Origin: Spirochaetia bacterium
GTDB taxonomy: Bacteria; Spirochaetota; Spirochaetia; SZUA-6; Bin103
Assembly (NCBI GenBank): GCA_965203905.1
Contig: CBDBDQ010000005.1
Coordinates: 6,816,001 to 6,880,000 of the forward strand
DNA length: 64,000 bases
Reading direction: 5' to 3'
The notes under the pieces were generated by a model. That model saw nothing but the letters and a program-made list of their open reading frames with translations, ran no database searches and was not told where the DNA came from. Positions 38,983 to 49,647 of the stretch are shown here, piece after piece. A program made the position numbers and the translations under genes. Within the stretch, counting starts at the first letter, position 1. Each line of letters starts with the position of its first letter.

Positions 38983-40122
38983 CTAGATGTTAGAATACGG
39001 ATCCGCCGCGTCCCTAATGCCATCGCCCAGGAAGTTAAAGGCCAAAACAGTAACAATCACAAATATCCCCGGGATAAGCGTCCACGGCGTCTGCGCGAGT
39101 ACTCTTATTGACTGGGCGTCACTGAGCAGCACACCCCAGCTAATCGCCGGAGGCTGTAGCCCGAGACCCAGGAAGCTCAAACCAGTCTCTCCCAAAATCA
39201 TACCCGGAACAGATAGAGTTAAGGAAGCAATAATATAGCTATAAAAGGAAGGCAGCAGATGCTTGAAGATGATGCGAGAGCGACTCGCGCCGTGCAGGCT
39301 CGCTGCCATAACAAAGTCTTCCTCCTTCAGCGCCATGAACTTTCCCCTAACCACCCGAGCCAGCCCCGTCCAGCCTACCAAGGAAAGGATAATGACGATT
39401 CCGAAGTAGACGCTGACAACAGACCAATACGGCGGCAGAGCTATACTCAAAGCCATCCACAACGGTAACGTAGGAATAGACTGAATGAACTCTATCGCTC
39501 TTTGAATGATAACGTCCGCAGCTCCCCCGTAGTATCCAGAAACACCGCCAATGGTAATACCCAGGATAAAGCTGATTGCGATTCCCAACAATCCGACTGA
39601 TAGAGATAGCCGGCCGCCGTAGATCACGCGAGAGAACAGATCTCGGCCGAACTTGTCCGCGCCAAAGATCAGCACCCTCCCTTCCCTCGTCCCGAACAGA
39701 TGAATATTACTCTTGAATGCTCCCCATAGCTTATAGGAGTCCCCAATGATAAAAAGGTAGATATGATCCCGCTTCATTTCATCTTCAATATACGTCGTGG
39801 CTAGAGTCTCCATATTCAACACGCCTTCAATCCTATACACAAAGGGACGCAGATGAAAGCTACCCTCCGCATCCACGAAACGCACGCGTTGAGGAGGAGC
39901 GTTCACGTAATCGACATCAAAATCGAGAGGATCGTAGGGAGCAGTGAATTCAGCGAAGATGGCGAACAGATACAACACCAACAGCACCGCCAAAGCCCCA
40001 ATGGCCAATTTGTGTCTGAAGAACTTCCAGCGAATAAGCTGCCACTGCGAAGCTACAAACAGTCTCTCTTGTTCAGCAGCCCGTTCATTTTTCTTGCGAT
40101 TTGTTGGCGTCAAAGAAAGCAT
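38983..40122 (-). CDS. ABC transporter permease (DppC-like)
   Basis: FGADKFGRD, KHLLP, ETGLSFLGLG, GDGIRDAADP. Confidence 0.92.
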   Translation of the reverse strand: MLSLTPTNRKKNERAAEQERLFVASQWQLIRWKFFRHKLAIGALAVLLVLYLFAIFAEFTAPYDPLDFDVDYVNAPPQRVRFVDAEGSFHLRPFVYRIEGVLNMETLATTYIEDEMKRDHIYLFIIGDSYKLWGAFKSNIHLFGTREGRVLIFGADKFGRDLFSRVIYGGRLSLSVGLLGIAISFILGITIGGVSGYYGGAADVIIQRAIEFIQSIPTLPLWMALSIALPPYWSVVSVYFGIVIILSLVGWTGLARVVRGKFMALKEEDFVMAASLHGASRSRIIFKHLLPSFYSYIIASLTLSVPGMILGETGLSFLGLGLQPPAISWGVLLSDAQSIRVLAQTPWTLIPGIFVIVTVLAFNFLGDGIRDAADPYSNI

Positions 40123-40192
40123 CTTCAGCAGCGCCCGGAGAAGTTAATCGGCCGGTGGCTAATTCCTCCCAAAATCAGGAACATCCGAAATA

Positions 40193-41182
40193 TTAGATAG
40201 ATTCCTTTATTCTGGGATCAAGCCAGGCCAACAAAATATCCGAAATAAGCGTCCCTATCACGGTAAGCACGCTCAGAATAAAGACGATACTCCCGGCTAG
40301 CCACATGTCTTGACTCAGGAGAGATTGGAATAGAACGGGGCCAATCGTGGGGAGGCCCAACACCAGAGAAACAAACACCTCACCGCTTACCAGCGCCGGT
40401 AGCACCCAACCTATAGTACTGACAACAGGGTTGATGGCGATACGAAACGGGTACTTGTAAAGGACCCTTCTCTTGGTGAGCCCCTTTGCCCGCGCCACCA
40501 GTACGTAGGGTTTCTGGAGCTCGTCCAGAAGATTGGCTCTCATTACTCTTATCAATCCGCAAGTACCTGCGGTTCCTATGATTACTGCCGGCATCCACAG
40601 ATGCTGGAGCATATCCAGAAATTTGGCAAGGCTCCATGGAGCAAATTGAAATTGTGGGGAAAACAATCCCAAAACAACATCGCCGGTATAAACGAAGTAC
40701 ACATATAGAAGAATAAGGGCAAATAGAAAGTTCGGAATTGCAATTCCAATGAATCCGAAGAAAGTGAACACGTAGTCTCTAATTGAATATTGATGCGTGG
40801 CTGAGGTGGTTCCTATGGGAATGGCAACCGCGTATACGAACAACAGAGAAACAAGGGAAATAAGTACGCTCCAGGGTAACCTTTCAGCAAGAATTCGGCT
40901 TACTGGTTGATTCCATTGCATGGACCGGCCTAGATCGCCCCGAAGCAGCCCCCCTATCCACTTGAAGTACTGAACATACATGGGTTGCCCAAGTCCGTAA
41001 CGGACTCGCAGCGACTCCACTTCCGCATCATCAATTATCTGATCAAGAGCACGCAACTGAGCGACATAGGCGTCCAGGTAGTCACCAGGGGGAGCTTGAA
41101 TAATGATGAACGAAAGAACGGTTATGGCGATCACGGTAGGAATCATCAGCAAAAATCTACGAATAATGTATCGTATCACCAC
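40193..41182 (-). CDS. ABC transporter permease (DppB-like)
   Basis: QAPPGD, GDLGRS, ARAKGL, WLDPRI. Confidence 0.92.
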   Translation of the reverse strand: MVIRYIIRRFLLMIPTVIAITVLSFIIIQAPPGDYLDAYVAQLRALDQIIDDAEVESLRVRYGLGQPMYVQYFKWIGGLLRGDLGRSMQWNQPVSRILAERLPWSVLISLVSLLFVYAVAIPIGTTSATHQYSIRDYVFTFFGFIGIAIPNFLFALILLYVYFVYTGDVVLGLFSPQFQFAPWSLAKFLDMLQHLWMPAVIIGTAGTCGLIRVMRANLLDELQKPYVLVARAKGLTKRRVLYKYPFRIAINPVVSTIGWVLPALVSGEVFVSLVLGLPTIGPVLFQSLLSQDMWLAGSIVFILSVLTVIGTLISDILLAWLDPRIKESI

Positions 41183-41348
41183 AGCCTGCCGTTGATGGCG
41201 CTTCTGGATAAGGACGGGACCTCGTTCGTTGCTTTAGGAGAGCTCCTGAAAGAAGAAACCTGTTCGCACTTCCTCTTCTCCAATAGTTCTCCCTTGCTCG
41301 GCCAACGAGCTATTTGATCTCCTACCTTATCCCGACATCATGCTCTGA

Positions 41349-42551
41349 CTACTCAGGGCGAGTAACCTGCACGGGTTTCACCTTGATAGCCTTGTGAATG
41401 TCGCCGTCGGTGTCCTCGTGGTCGAAATCCGAATATATGACAAGAAAGCGGTCAGGGCCGGTTGCCCACAGTTTGCTGTAGCCGCATGTTTTCAGTCGGG
41501 GGGACTCCTGGTCGCCCGGGTGAACCACGTATGGCTCCGTCCACTTCTCGCCATTCCCGTCATATGAGAACCTGAGTTCTACCCCCGGCCGGCCGTACGA
41601 AACAACGGTTACTCCATTTTCCAGCGTCAACAGCTCTGGTTCAACGCCGAAGGAGTTAAGTACGTTCGGGTTGCTCCAGGTGAAACCATCGTCTTTTGAG
41701 GTGCTGGTAAACAGATTACGCGGATCCTTGCCCTCATCGGAGCGCAATACACAGACCAGCGTACCATTCTTGAGACAGGTAAGCGTGGGTTCATGGAGCC
41801 CCCACGGAGCCTGATCGGGAATATACGCCACGGTGGAACGTAGCCGCCAGCTTCTGCCCTTGTTGGTGGAAGCGAGCAGGTACATCTGGGACTCGCCGGG
41901 CAGCACCTTGTTGTTTTCATCCACCCGCACAGCCCCCATTGTGTAACATAGGGTTCCGTCAGATAGCTCCACGCACTGAGTCCAGGTCAATTGCAGGACC
42001 AATGTATGAACATTGCCGGCCAGTTTGAGCCATCCCTTGGAAGTCATGGTCCGGGTCATTGCTTTAACGCAGAGTCGTGGAATCTCCAGAGGGGCAATTA
42101 CTTCCTCTTCGGTGTTGCTTCCAGGCTGACGTATGAGTACCTTGATTCCCTTCATATCTTCAGGAAGATCCTCATAGAGGTATACGTTTGACGTATTCCC
42201 CTTGGAGTACTCTCCTACCTGCTTGATGTCAATTTCCTTGGCAGGCCGCTTCGGACGCTTTACCGACCGTATTTCGGTCCCGTCACGAAGCACTCTCGCA
42301 TGTTGCAGAGCGCCTTTATCGGTGAATTTCTCCCATGTTCTGCCGCCGTCATGGGTAATCAAGTAAGGAGACGGTTGCCGCTCTCCTGCATCATCGTGGG
42401 AGTCATCTCCCACCTTGCAACTTGCGACTAATTCTCCCCGCTTGGTCTGCCAGAAATGAGGAAATTGATAGAATCCCCACCGTCGTTCTTCACTCGGGCC
42501 CATGGTAACCACTACTGGTTCACCCATTTCGACCTTCACCGCGTTGTCCAT
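41349..42551 (-). CDS. Sialidase-like / BNR (Asp-box) repeat beta-propeller protein
   Basis: Asp-boxes THDGGRTW, STNKGRSW, SKDDGFTW, SYDGNGEKW; TCGYS near the C-terminus. Confidence 0.75.
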   Translation of the reverse strand: MDNAVKVEMGEPVVVTMGPSEERRWGFYQFPHFWQTKRGELVASCKVGDDSHDDAGERQPSPYLITHDGGRTWEKFTDKGALQHARVLRDGTEIRSVKRPKRPAKEIDIKQVGEYSKGNTSNVYLYEDLPEDMKGIKVLIRQPGSNTEEEVIAPLEIPRLCVKAMTRTMTSKGWLKLAGNVHTLVLQLTWTQCVELSDGTLCYTMGAVRVDENNKVLPGESQMYLLASTNKGRSWRLRSTVAYIPDQAPWGLHEPTLTCLKNGTLVCVLRSDEGKDPRNLFTSTSKDDGFTWSNPNVLNSFGVEPELLTLENGVTVVSYGRPGVELRFSYDGNGEKWTEPYVVHPGDQESPRLKTCGYSKLWATGPDRFLVIYSDFDHEDTDGDIHKAIKVKPVQVTRPE

Positions 42552-42713
42552 CTTGCCTCTTTCCCCACCCTCCACTGAAGCGTCCGTCCCATGAGTTGAT
42601 ACTACCTGCAACGTTGTGTGCCTCTGGAGCAACCCGTGATTGAAATCAGGGGCGACCCTGCATGTGACAGAGTCCCCCCTGCTGGGCCCACTTGGCAAGT
42701 TCTACGATATTCG

Positions 42714-44624
42714 CTAGTTCTTGAAAAACTGAGTGACGTAGGGACTCCTTAGCGTACCTACCTCAGCGAGACTCTCAGGTACATTTCCAAGCTGATTGGA
42801 AACCACGTAATAGGAGCCTAGAGCCGGTCGTCCAAGCATACCTATTACCCAGAAGTTCTCGGCCCATATTGCCAAGACTTCGTCCTCTAGAGCACGTCTT
42901 TGCGCAGGCTCCACTGTCGCGGGAAATATTCTGCCGATTTCTGACAATCGCTTCACTTGAGCCGGCGGTTCTTCTCCGGTTTCACCGTCAGATTTGAGCC
43001 AGTTCTCCCATGGTTTCGCCGAGAAGAACTCATCCCCCATCCCAGGAATGAAGTAACCACCTATCGGACTCGTTTTCCCCGTAGAGAAAGCATACATGAG
43101 CAGGTCGTAATCGCCGGATTTAATTTTCGCCACGGCCAACTCCACTGCGATAGGTCTAACTATCGCCTGGACACCCAGATCCTTCCAGTATCCTGGTATG
43201 AACTCTGAAATTGCCGCCGTGTTACCCCAGCCCCACTGGTTAATGGCGATCTGTATTCGTTTCCCATCCGAACGCAGACGATATCCTTCCGAGTCACGCG
43301 CGGTGAGGCCGATCCCGTCCAGGATCTCGTTTGCTCCGTCGGGATCGTACTCGGTGTAGGCTTTGGCATACTCTTCTCTATACCAGGGCGTTCCCTCAGG
43401 CATGGTTGCCTGCAAAACCTGACCAAACCCCTTATGAATTATCTGATTTATCTCATCTCTGTTTATGCCCATTGACAAGGCTATGCGGAAGTCCTTGTTG
43501 GAGAAGAGCTCTCGCTGTACAGGATCGTTATGAAGTATATTGAGGAACATGGCGCCATCGTTTGTTGCATCCGAATAACCAAATGCCACGCGGTAGTCTC
43601 CCGACGCCTGATTCTGTACTACGAGGGGATAGTTATCGACACCACCCAGCGCCTGGAAATCGGCGTCACCGGCGATACTCTTCAGTATACGTGCTTCCCC
43701 ATCACTCATGAGAATCCACTCAGACCTATCCATATAGGGAAGCTGATTTCCTTCAGTATCTACCTTCCAGAAATAGGGGTTCCGTTCCCAGATCTGCACG
43801 GGACTTCCCCAAGTCTGCTGGGGGATATAGGAATTCATGACTGGAAGATCAGAATTCCCGGCACGTTCGTCATACTTGGCCAAAAACAGATCTGACCAAG
43901 CACTGAAACCCTCTTTCTTTACCTGTTCATCTATCGTATCCCTCGGCGTATAGGCCGGATGAAATGTCTTTAGATGGTGTTCAGGGGCGAACAGTACGGG
44001 GTTCCAGGCATTTCCAACTCGGAGGGATACCCATCCAACATTGGCATTAGCGAAGCTAACAGTGAATCTATGGTCATCAATCCTGTCGAACTTCATCGTT
44101 TCATCACCGCTCTTGTAGAACCCAGGTACAAGCGGGGTGAGGGTTTCATTGGAGAATATATGCTCATACCAGAACATAACGTCATCCGTCGTAAACGGAG
44201 CGCCATCACTCCATTTCAGTCCTTCTCGCAGAGTAAAGGTGACGCTTGCGGCGTCGTCACTCCATTCCCAGCTCTCAGCTATGTTAGGCACACGAGTTTC
44301 ATATTCCCTCAGGTCGTTAGTGACTAAGGGCTCTTTGAAATATATCACCGTAAACCCAGTCTCGTTCATGGTGACTAAGTGGGTCCACGATCCTCCGTAT
44401 TGCCCAATCTCGTTTACGGGTGTCACTACCCGCGGGTTTAGCGGCAGTCTTTCTGCTACCGGGGGTAGCTCTCCTGCTGCCACCCTCTCCCTGAGCATAG
44501 GGGATTCGTTGTACTCTCCGTTCTGCCCAAAGAGCGGCATGCACAACAACAAACTGAAGAGCAAGACAATACCGAGAACCACGACGGGTCTCCTGTTTGA
44601 AGACTTCATAGAGTCCTCCTTCAT
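42714..44624 (-). CDS. ABC transporter substrate-binding protein, family 5
   Basis: Signal peptide; ESPML..V.AGELPPVAERLP.NP; ERNPYFWKVDTEGNQLPY; QFFKN. Confidence 0.92.
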   Translation of the reverse strand: MKEDSMKSSNRRPVVVLGIVLLFSLLLCMPLFGQNGEYNESPMLRERVAAGELPPVAERLPLNPRVVTPVNEIGQYGGSWTHLVTMNETGFTVIYFKEPLVTNDLREYETRVPNIAESWEWSDDAASVTFTLREGLKWSDGAPFTTDDVMFWYEHIFSNETLTPLVPGFYKSGDETMKFDRIDDHRFTVSFANANVGWVSLRVGNAWNPVLFAPEHHLKTFHPAYTPRDTIDEQVKKEGFSAWSDLFLAKYDERAGNSDLPVMNSYIPQQTWGSPVQIWERNPYFWKVDTEGNQLPYMDRSEWILMSDGEARILKSIAGDADFQALGGVDNYPLVVQNQASGDYRVAFGYSDATNDGAMFLNILHNDPVQRELFSNKDFRIALSMGINRDEINQIIHKGFGQVLQATMPEGTPWYREEYAKAYTEYDPDGANEILDGIGLTARDSEGYRLRSDGKRIQIAINQWGWGNTAAISEFIPGYWKDLGVQAIVRPIAVELAVAKIKSGDYDLLMYAFSTGKTSPIGGYFIPGMGDEFFSAKPWENWLKSDGETGEEPPAQVKRLSEIGRIFPATVEPAQRRALEDEVLAIWAENFWVIGMLGRPALGSYYVVSNQLGNVPESLAEVGTLRSPYVTQFFKN

Positions 44625-44722
44625 AAACGAATTCTCAATTATCCGGATCTTCCTTATTGGGGAAGCCGCCCGAACAATCTCCGACCAGAATTAACAAACC
44701 TCCTTTGCGATAATCTCTACGA

Positions 44723-44905
44723 GGGTGTCTGAGTCCTGAGGGAACTGCAAAGGAGTGCGAAGCGAGCTCCGTGAGCATGATGGGGAGTTGTCGGTGCGCT
44801 GTCCGCGGTGAAGGTGACACCGGACCTTGGTGATGTGCCCGGGCAGCTCATAGACCTGCCAGAACTCTTCGGCATGAGTGCGGCTACCCCGTTCGACTGA
44901 GGCGG
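44723..44905 (-). mobile_element. Highly degenerate IS (IS5/IS1182-like) 3' remnant
   Basis: SVERG...EEF...G..TKVRCHL resembles DDE transposase C-termini; GAGGGTGTCTGAG at 44723 resembles an IS end. Weak. Confidence 0.3.
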
Positions 44906-44922
44906 TGAGCTTGGGACTACTA

Positions 44923-45076
44923 ACGCTGGCTGAGTGGGCGCGCACGTTGCCGTGGCGGCAGGTGGCGAAGCTATTTGGCTGCGCGTGGGGACGGTAGCTA
45001 CCGCGGTCGCCGGAGTGGTCGCCTACGGGCTTGCCCACCGCGAATTGGGCGAGCTCACCCCTGTGGGCACGACGAA
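44923..45076 (+). mobile_element. ISL3-family transposase fragment (frameshifted)
   Basis: TLAEWARTLPWRQVAKLFGCAWG / TVATAV..VVAYGLAHRELGELT.VG.DE matches the ISL3 HTH-to-first-Asp region. Confidence 0.65.
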
Positions 45077-45270
45077 CAGAATCAGAAGCTTTCTCATTAT
45101 CTATCCTCCTCAGCCTGCGATGGAATGGGAGAGGATGCAGGGCTCCTCACCATTTGTCAAGGGCGCTTGCCGGACCGCAGGACCTCGATGATCGGTATCT
45201 GCCAGGCCCCCGGCGAGTTGCGGTACGCAACTACCCTCCGCGATCATCGCCCAGCGTGATCGGCACAATA

Positions 45271-45487
45271 GGTGAAGTGGTGGACCGTGAGCCCCGTGAC
45301 GCGGTCGAAATGGCGCGCATCCCCGGTGACGATCGCGTCAGCTCGGGACAGCGCGGTTGCGGCAATGAGCAGGTCCGATGTCTGGATCCTCTGTCCCTCC
45401 GCAGTCAGTTGCGCATCGAACTGTCCGAACACGCGCGCTGTGGCGAGGGTCACGGGGAGCACCGGAATCGCCGTCAGCAGCGCCTCG
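45271..45487 (-). pseudogene. vapC: vapC copy 2, 3' fragment only
   Basis: High nucleotide similarity to 28129-28345 (EALL.AIPVLPVTLATARV...DLLIAATALSR.DAIVTGDARHFDRV). Confidence 0.85.
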
Positions 45488-45560
45488 GCTACTGGCCGAC
45501 CGGGCCGGCTCGGGGGCGCTCGGGTCGCCACGGCGCGGCCCGTTGGTATATGCTTGGCAT

Positions 45561-45827
45561 ATGCCGAACCGCAAAGCCTCCACTCAGCCGCAGGGCCCGC
45601 GCCGCGCCAGGCTGTTTCGAAACGGTCGCAATCAAGCGTTGCGGATTCCACGCGAGCTGGAGTTCCCGGGTGACGAGGTCATTCTGCACAAGGAAGACGA
45701 CCGTCTGATCGTCGAGCCCGTCGCGCGGCGGCGTTCTCTTGCCGAGATCCTCCCTGAACTCAAGCCGCTCAACGAAGACGTTCCGGAAGCCGCTGACCCT
45801 CCTGCACAACCAGAGGACGTGTTCTAA
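45561..45827 (+). CDS. vapB: AbrB/MazE-type antitoxin VapB
   Basis: ARLFRNGRNQALRIPRE.EFPGDEV; TATGCT box 6 nt upstream within a GCATATGC dyad. Confidence 0.9.
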   Translation: MPNRKASTQPQGPRRARLFRNGRNQALRIPRELEFPGDEVILHKEDDRLIVEPVARRRSLAEILPELKPLNEDVPEAADPPAQPEDVF

Positions 45828-45829
45828 GG

Positions 45830-46243
45830 ATGCCGGAGGTGCGCTACCTGCTGGACACCAACATCGTTTCCGCGGTCGTGCGAGACCCGGGCGGCACACT
45901 CGCGAAACGGCTGTCGGCGATGCCCCGGAGCGAGTTCGGGATCAGCATCATCGTCACCTGCGAGCTACGCTACGATGTGGCCCGCAAAGGCTCTGCACGC
46001 CTGTCGTCACAGCTGGAGGCGGTGCTGGAAGGAGTCGACATCCTGCCGCTCGAGGAGCACGCCGACCGGCACTACGGCGAGATACGCACAGAGTTGGAGC
46101 GCATCGGTCGTCCCATTGGCCACAACGACCTGCTGATCGCCGCTCACGCCCGGGCTCTGGAGGCGACGCTGGTCACCCACAACACCGACGAGTTCGCCCG
46201 CGTGCCGGGACTCGCCATCGAGAATTGGCTGGCGGACACGTGA
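45830..46243 (+). CDS. vapC: PIN-domain toxin VapC
   Basis: YLLDTNIVS, CEL, NDLLIAAHA, LVTHN..EF.RVPGL.IENW. Confidence 0.92.
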   Translation: MPEVRYLLDTNIVSAVVRDPGGTLAKRLSAMPRSEFGISIIVTCELRYDVARKGSARLSSQLEAVLEGVDILPLEEHADRHYGEIRTELERIGRPIGHNDLLIAAHARALEATLVTHNTDEFARVPGLAIENWLADT

Positions 46244-46311
46244 CCCAGGAGGGACTCGTAAGCGCATTCTGCGCAGTGCGGTGGCGCGACCAGCGCTGAT
46301 ACGCCCATTTT

Positions 46312-47290
46312 CTATGGCGCGGTCCGGCTGCCGTCTACCTTGCGGGTGGCGTCGGCGGGCGCCGCGTCGTGTGCCAGGTCGGCGTCGGTGGTGCCGTCGC
46401 CGGCGTGCTTGATGGTTCCTCCATTGAGAGCGAGCGCGTTGGCCGGAATGCCGACCCCCTCCTTATCGCGGTCCTTCGCCTCCACGAAGTAGTCGAAGGA
46501 CAGCACGTCCTTGTCGATAATCGTGCCACCATCAGCCGTGACCATGACGCTGAACCCGGAGTAGTCCGCGTGCCTTGTGTGGCCGCCGATGGTCAGTGCC
46601 ACCCGCGGACTGCCGGTCACGGTCACCTCCTTGTCGAACTCTACCCACACCCGAATCCTGTCGCCGCGAACGTAGGTGTCGCCGGTCGGGGGCGGAACGT
46701 GGTTGTCGAGGTAGATGGCGGTCAGCGCGGGGGAGGTGACCAGGCCGCCGCGCAACTTGAAGACCGGGGCGCCGGGCACCGCCCGATGCGTCAGATCGGC
46801 GTCAGTTGCGCCGCCAACAGACGTGATCGTTCCGCCATTGAGCGCGTTGGCCGGGATGCCGATCCCGCGCTCATCACGATTACTCTCCTGCACCGCGTAG
46901 CTGAAGTGTAGGTACCGGTCGTCCCAGGACCACGGTGAGTAGGCCGCGTATCGGGTCTAGGCACCGATGGTCAGTGCAACCCGCGGACTGCCGGTCACCG
47001 TCACCACCCGGTCGAACTCCACGAACAACTCGATCGTCTCCCCCAGTTCGTAGGTGTCACCGCGCGCGGGAGAGGAGACGAAGTGGATGTCGGTCACACC
47101 CGGTGGCGTGATCAGGCTGCCGTCCACCATGCGGCCGTGCCCGCCAGCCAGCGCGTCGTGTCTCAGGCCGCCGTCGGTGATGCCGTCGATTGCGTAACAG
47201 TCCTGCCGTTCAGCACGACGGCCTTAGCCGAGATGTCGATGCCGTCCACATCCCGGTCACCTTTCTGCACGGAGTACTCAAAAACAGACG
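46312..47290 (-). pseudogene. Ig-like tandem-repeat surface protein, 3' part (in-frame stop and frameshift)
   Basis: About 2.5 repeats of GDTY..G..I...VEFD..V.VTGSPRVALTIG..TR.A.Y...F.Y.V...DRD..GI.IPANAL..NGGTI...DADL.H...VDGS; TAG at 46957-46959; frameshift near 47195. Confidence 0.75.
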
Positions 47291-47502
47291 ATAGTACACA
47301 TGCTGACCGAGCAACTCACGCTGTGGTACGGGTTTATGCGGACTGATGAAGGCACGGTCAAACCCAATCGTTCGAGGGCTTGGACCGAGTGCACCCCCTT
47401 GTGGGTATACTGCTTTTATGCGCGGTCTTAATCTTCAACGAACTACAAGGGATACACTTGTATCATTGGTATCATTCGACACATTCGTAACACCAAGTCC
47501 GT

Positions 47503-48897
47503 ATGTCAGTTAACACTTCGGGCAACTTCTCTCTCTCTGTTTCTGATTTTGGTCCGATTCGACGTGCTGAGATTGATCTGCGTCCACTTACCGTATTCGT
47601 CGGCCCTAGCAATACGGGCAAGTCTTATCTAGCTATGTTGATTTATTCTCTTCATCAGTGTTTAGGAGAGTACCAGCGCCAATACACAACCCATTTCTTT
47701 GGACCTGTCGTGAACATGATTGATAACGTCGAGAACCTCTCCGAAACAGTGTACCCGCTACGCTTCAATAAGCGGCGCTTTAGCGAAGACAGTCCAGGTT
47801 ATCGTGAGGTTATAAAAACACTTGAGGACCTGCCCGGAGCCGCTCATTATCTTACTGATGAAATTTGTCGGGGGTTTGGTCGTCCAACGTATACTTCGTT
47901 GATTCGCTCCGGTGTCGATAGTTGTAGCGTTGGTGTTAACTTTGACTCCATAAAACACACTTTTTGCTGGGACAGTCGGGGAAACCTAAGCACAAAAGGC
48001 AAACTAAATGAGTTCCCTAGCACCTACTCGATGGTGACCAGCAGGTCTGATATACCGATTAATGAAGCTCCTATGCAGTTTCTATCCGATTTTCTGGATA
48101 GTTTGTACTATTCCCTATCCGTCCCTTTGCAGCGTAGAACTTTCTATTTGCCCGCCGATAGAGCAGGCTTCATGTTGAATCAATACCTAGTGTATGACAC
48201 TCTACTGACAAGAGAGAGTATGGCTAGGAGAAAAAGGCGTGCGGCAGAGCTATCGCCATCTATGACTGGTGTGGCCAGTGACTTCCTCAGAGATCTGCAG
48301 GTCCTTAAAGGTGATATTGGTACACTTGCTGACTCCATAGCGGGCCTTTTGCCCGGCGATTTGATAAGGAGACGGAGCCACAGAACTGAGCCGTCTCGTT
48401 TCTTTTTCAAGTTTTCAGAAAAAGAAAGGCCACTTCCTCTTATTCATGTTTCCTCTATGGTATTGGAATTAGCTCCGGTCATTATCCATTTGCGGTATCT
48501 AGTCAAGGAAGGCGACGTGATGATCGTGGAGGAGCCTGAGTCACACCTACACCCGGCTATGCAGGTACGATTCGCCCGTGAGTTAGTACATATAGTAAAT
48601 CGAGGCGTGAGAGTAATTATTACTACACACAGTCCACTGTTTCTTGACGTTATCGCGAATCAAGTCGGATTGTCTGGCATCGATAGAGAGCGGCGGCCAA
48701 AGGTGGCGGGACGCGGACAGTCAATTTCCAGAGGGAATGTCGGTGCGTGGTTGTTCGACCCCGAAGATGATGGCGGTTCAGTTGTGAGGGAAATACTGTT
48801 AGACTCGGATACCGGTACATACCCCGCTCAGTTTGACGAGGTTAGTGAACGTCTGTATGGAGATTGGGTCCGAATAGCCAGAAAACTAAACAAGTAG
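47503..48897 (+). CDS. ABC-type AAA ATPase (AAA_15/21-like) in a low-GC cassette
   Basis: DFGPI, GPSNTGKS, YLPADRAG, VSSMVLEL, IVEEPESHLHP, ITTHS. Confidence 0.88.
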   Translation: MSVNTSGNFSLSVSDFGPIRRAEIDLRPLTVFVGPSNTGKSYLAMLIYSLHQCLGEYQRQYTTHFFGPVVNMIDNVENLSETVYPLRFNKRRFSEDSPGYREVIKTLEDLPGAAHYLTDEICRGFGRPTYTSLIRSGVDSCSVGVNFDSIKHTFCWDSRGNLSTKGKLNEFPSTYSMVTSRSDIPINEAPMQFLSDFLDSLYYSLSVPLQRRTFYLPADRAGFMLNQYLVYDTLLTRESMARRKRRAAELSPSMTGVASDFLRDLQVLKGDIGTLADSIAGLLPGDLIRRRSHRTEPSRFFFKFSEKERPLPLIHVSSMVLELAPVIIHLRYLVKEGDVMIVEEPESHLHPAMQVRFARELVHIVNRGVRVIITTHSPLFLDVIANQVGLSGIDRERRPKVAGRGQSISRGNVGAWLFDPEDDGGSVVREILLDSDTGTYPAQFDEVSERLYGDWVRIARKLNK

Positions 48898-48910
48898 GTC
48901 TTCCCAAAAT

Positions 48911-49375
48911 ATGTGTAGTGCAATTGATAGGATCCGGAGCAGAATCCCGCAGGGATGCGTGGTGGAGGTCATACATAAGGATTGCTGTTGTATCGGTTTG
49001 ACAGGTGCTCCGAATTTGATGTTGATCGTGGACATGGACAAGTGCCCATCAGAAGCGCGGTCCAAGAAGTGCGACTACGTGGTTTATGTAGAGAAAACCA
49101 AGGAGAGTGTTGATGTGCTCGTGATCGAAATGACTACGGCAGCGCTATCCAAGAACAAGGTACTTCCACAGTTGAGAGCAGGTGCAAAGTTCGCGGCATC
49201 TAAACTGAAGGGCGTTTCTATCAAAGAGTTCATACCTATAGCCGTATCTGCCAAAAGGACTCGGCGCGCAGTGAGCCAGCAGTTCAAGAACGAAACGATA
49301 GACTTGCGAGGGAAACGTCGTTTGATTCAACCTGAGCGTTGTTGTGCTCTGTTGATTGACATATTGGACGAGTAG
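48911..49375 (+). CDS. Hypothetical partner protein, PD-(D/E)XK-like fold suspected
   Basis: Follows the ATPase after 13 nt; KKCDYVVY...VLVIEMT...VLPQLRAG pattern; Cys-rich ends. Confidence 0.6.
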   Translation: MCSAIDRIRSRIPQGCVVEVIHKDCCCIGLTGAPNLMLIVDMDKCPSEARSKKCDYVVYVEKTKESVDVLVIEMTTAALSKNKVLPQLRAGAKFAASKLKGVSIKEFIPIAVSAKRTRRAVSQQFKNETIDLRGKRRLIQPERCCALLIDILDE

Positions 49376-49647
49376 ATCCTGGAAAGACGACCGCCAAGTT
49401 GGACACTAATCATTGGCAGGATTCGGATTTCCCGGCTATTAAACACACCGACGGTCCACATAGTATGACGATGCTCCAACTACCCTCCTCCGCCTTCGAA
49501 TCACTCACGAATACAGACTGAACTACAAACGAATGGTCCAGGTTGACGTATACGCAAAATAAAGTGCCCTGAGACGCACCTAAGCTAAGGCTAAAAGCTA
49601 AAGCCTTCGATGTCGATATCACGTATCTTGCTCATCACTGTGCAAGT

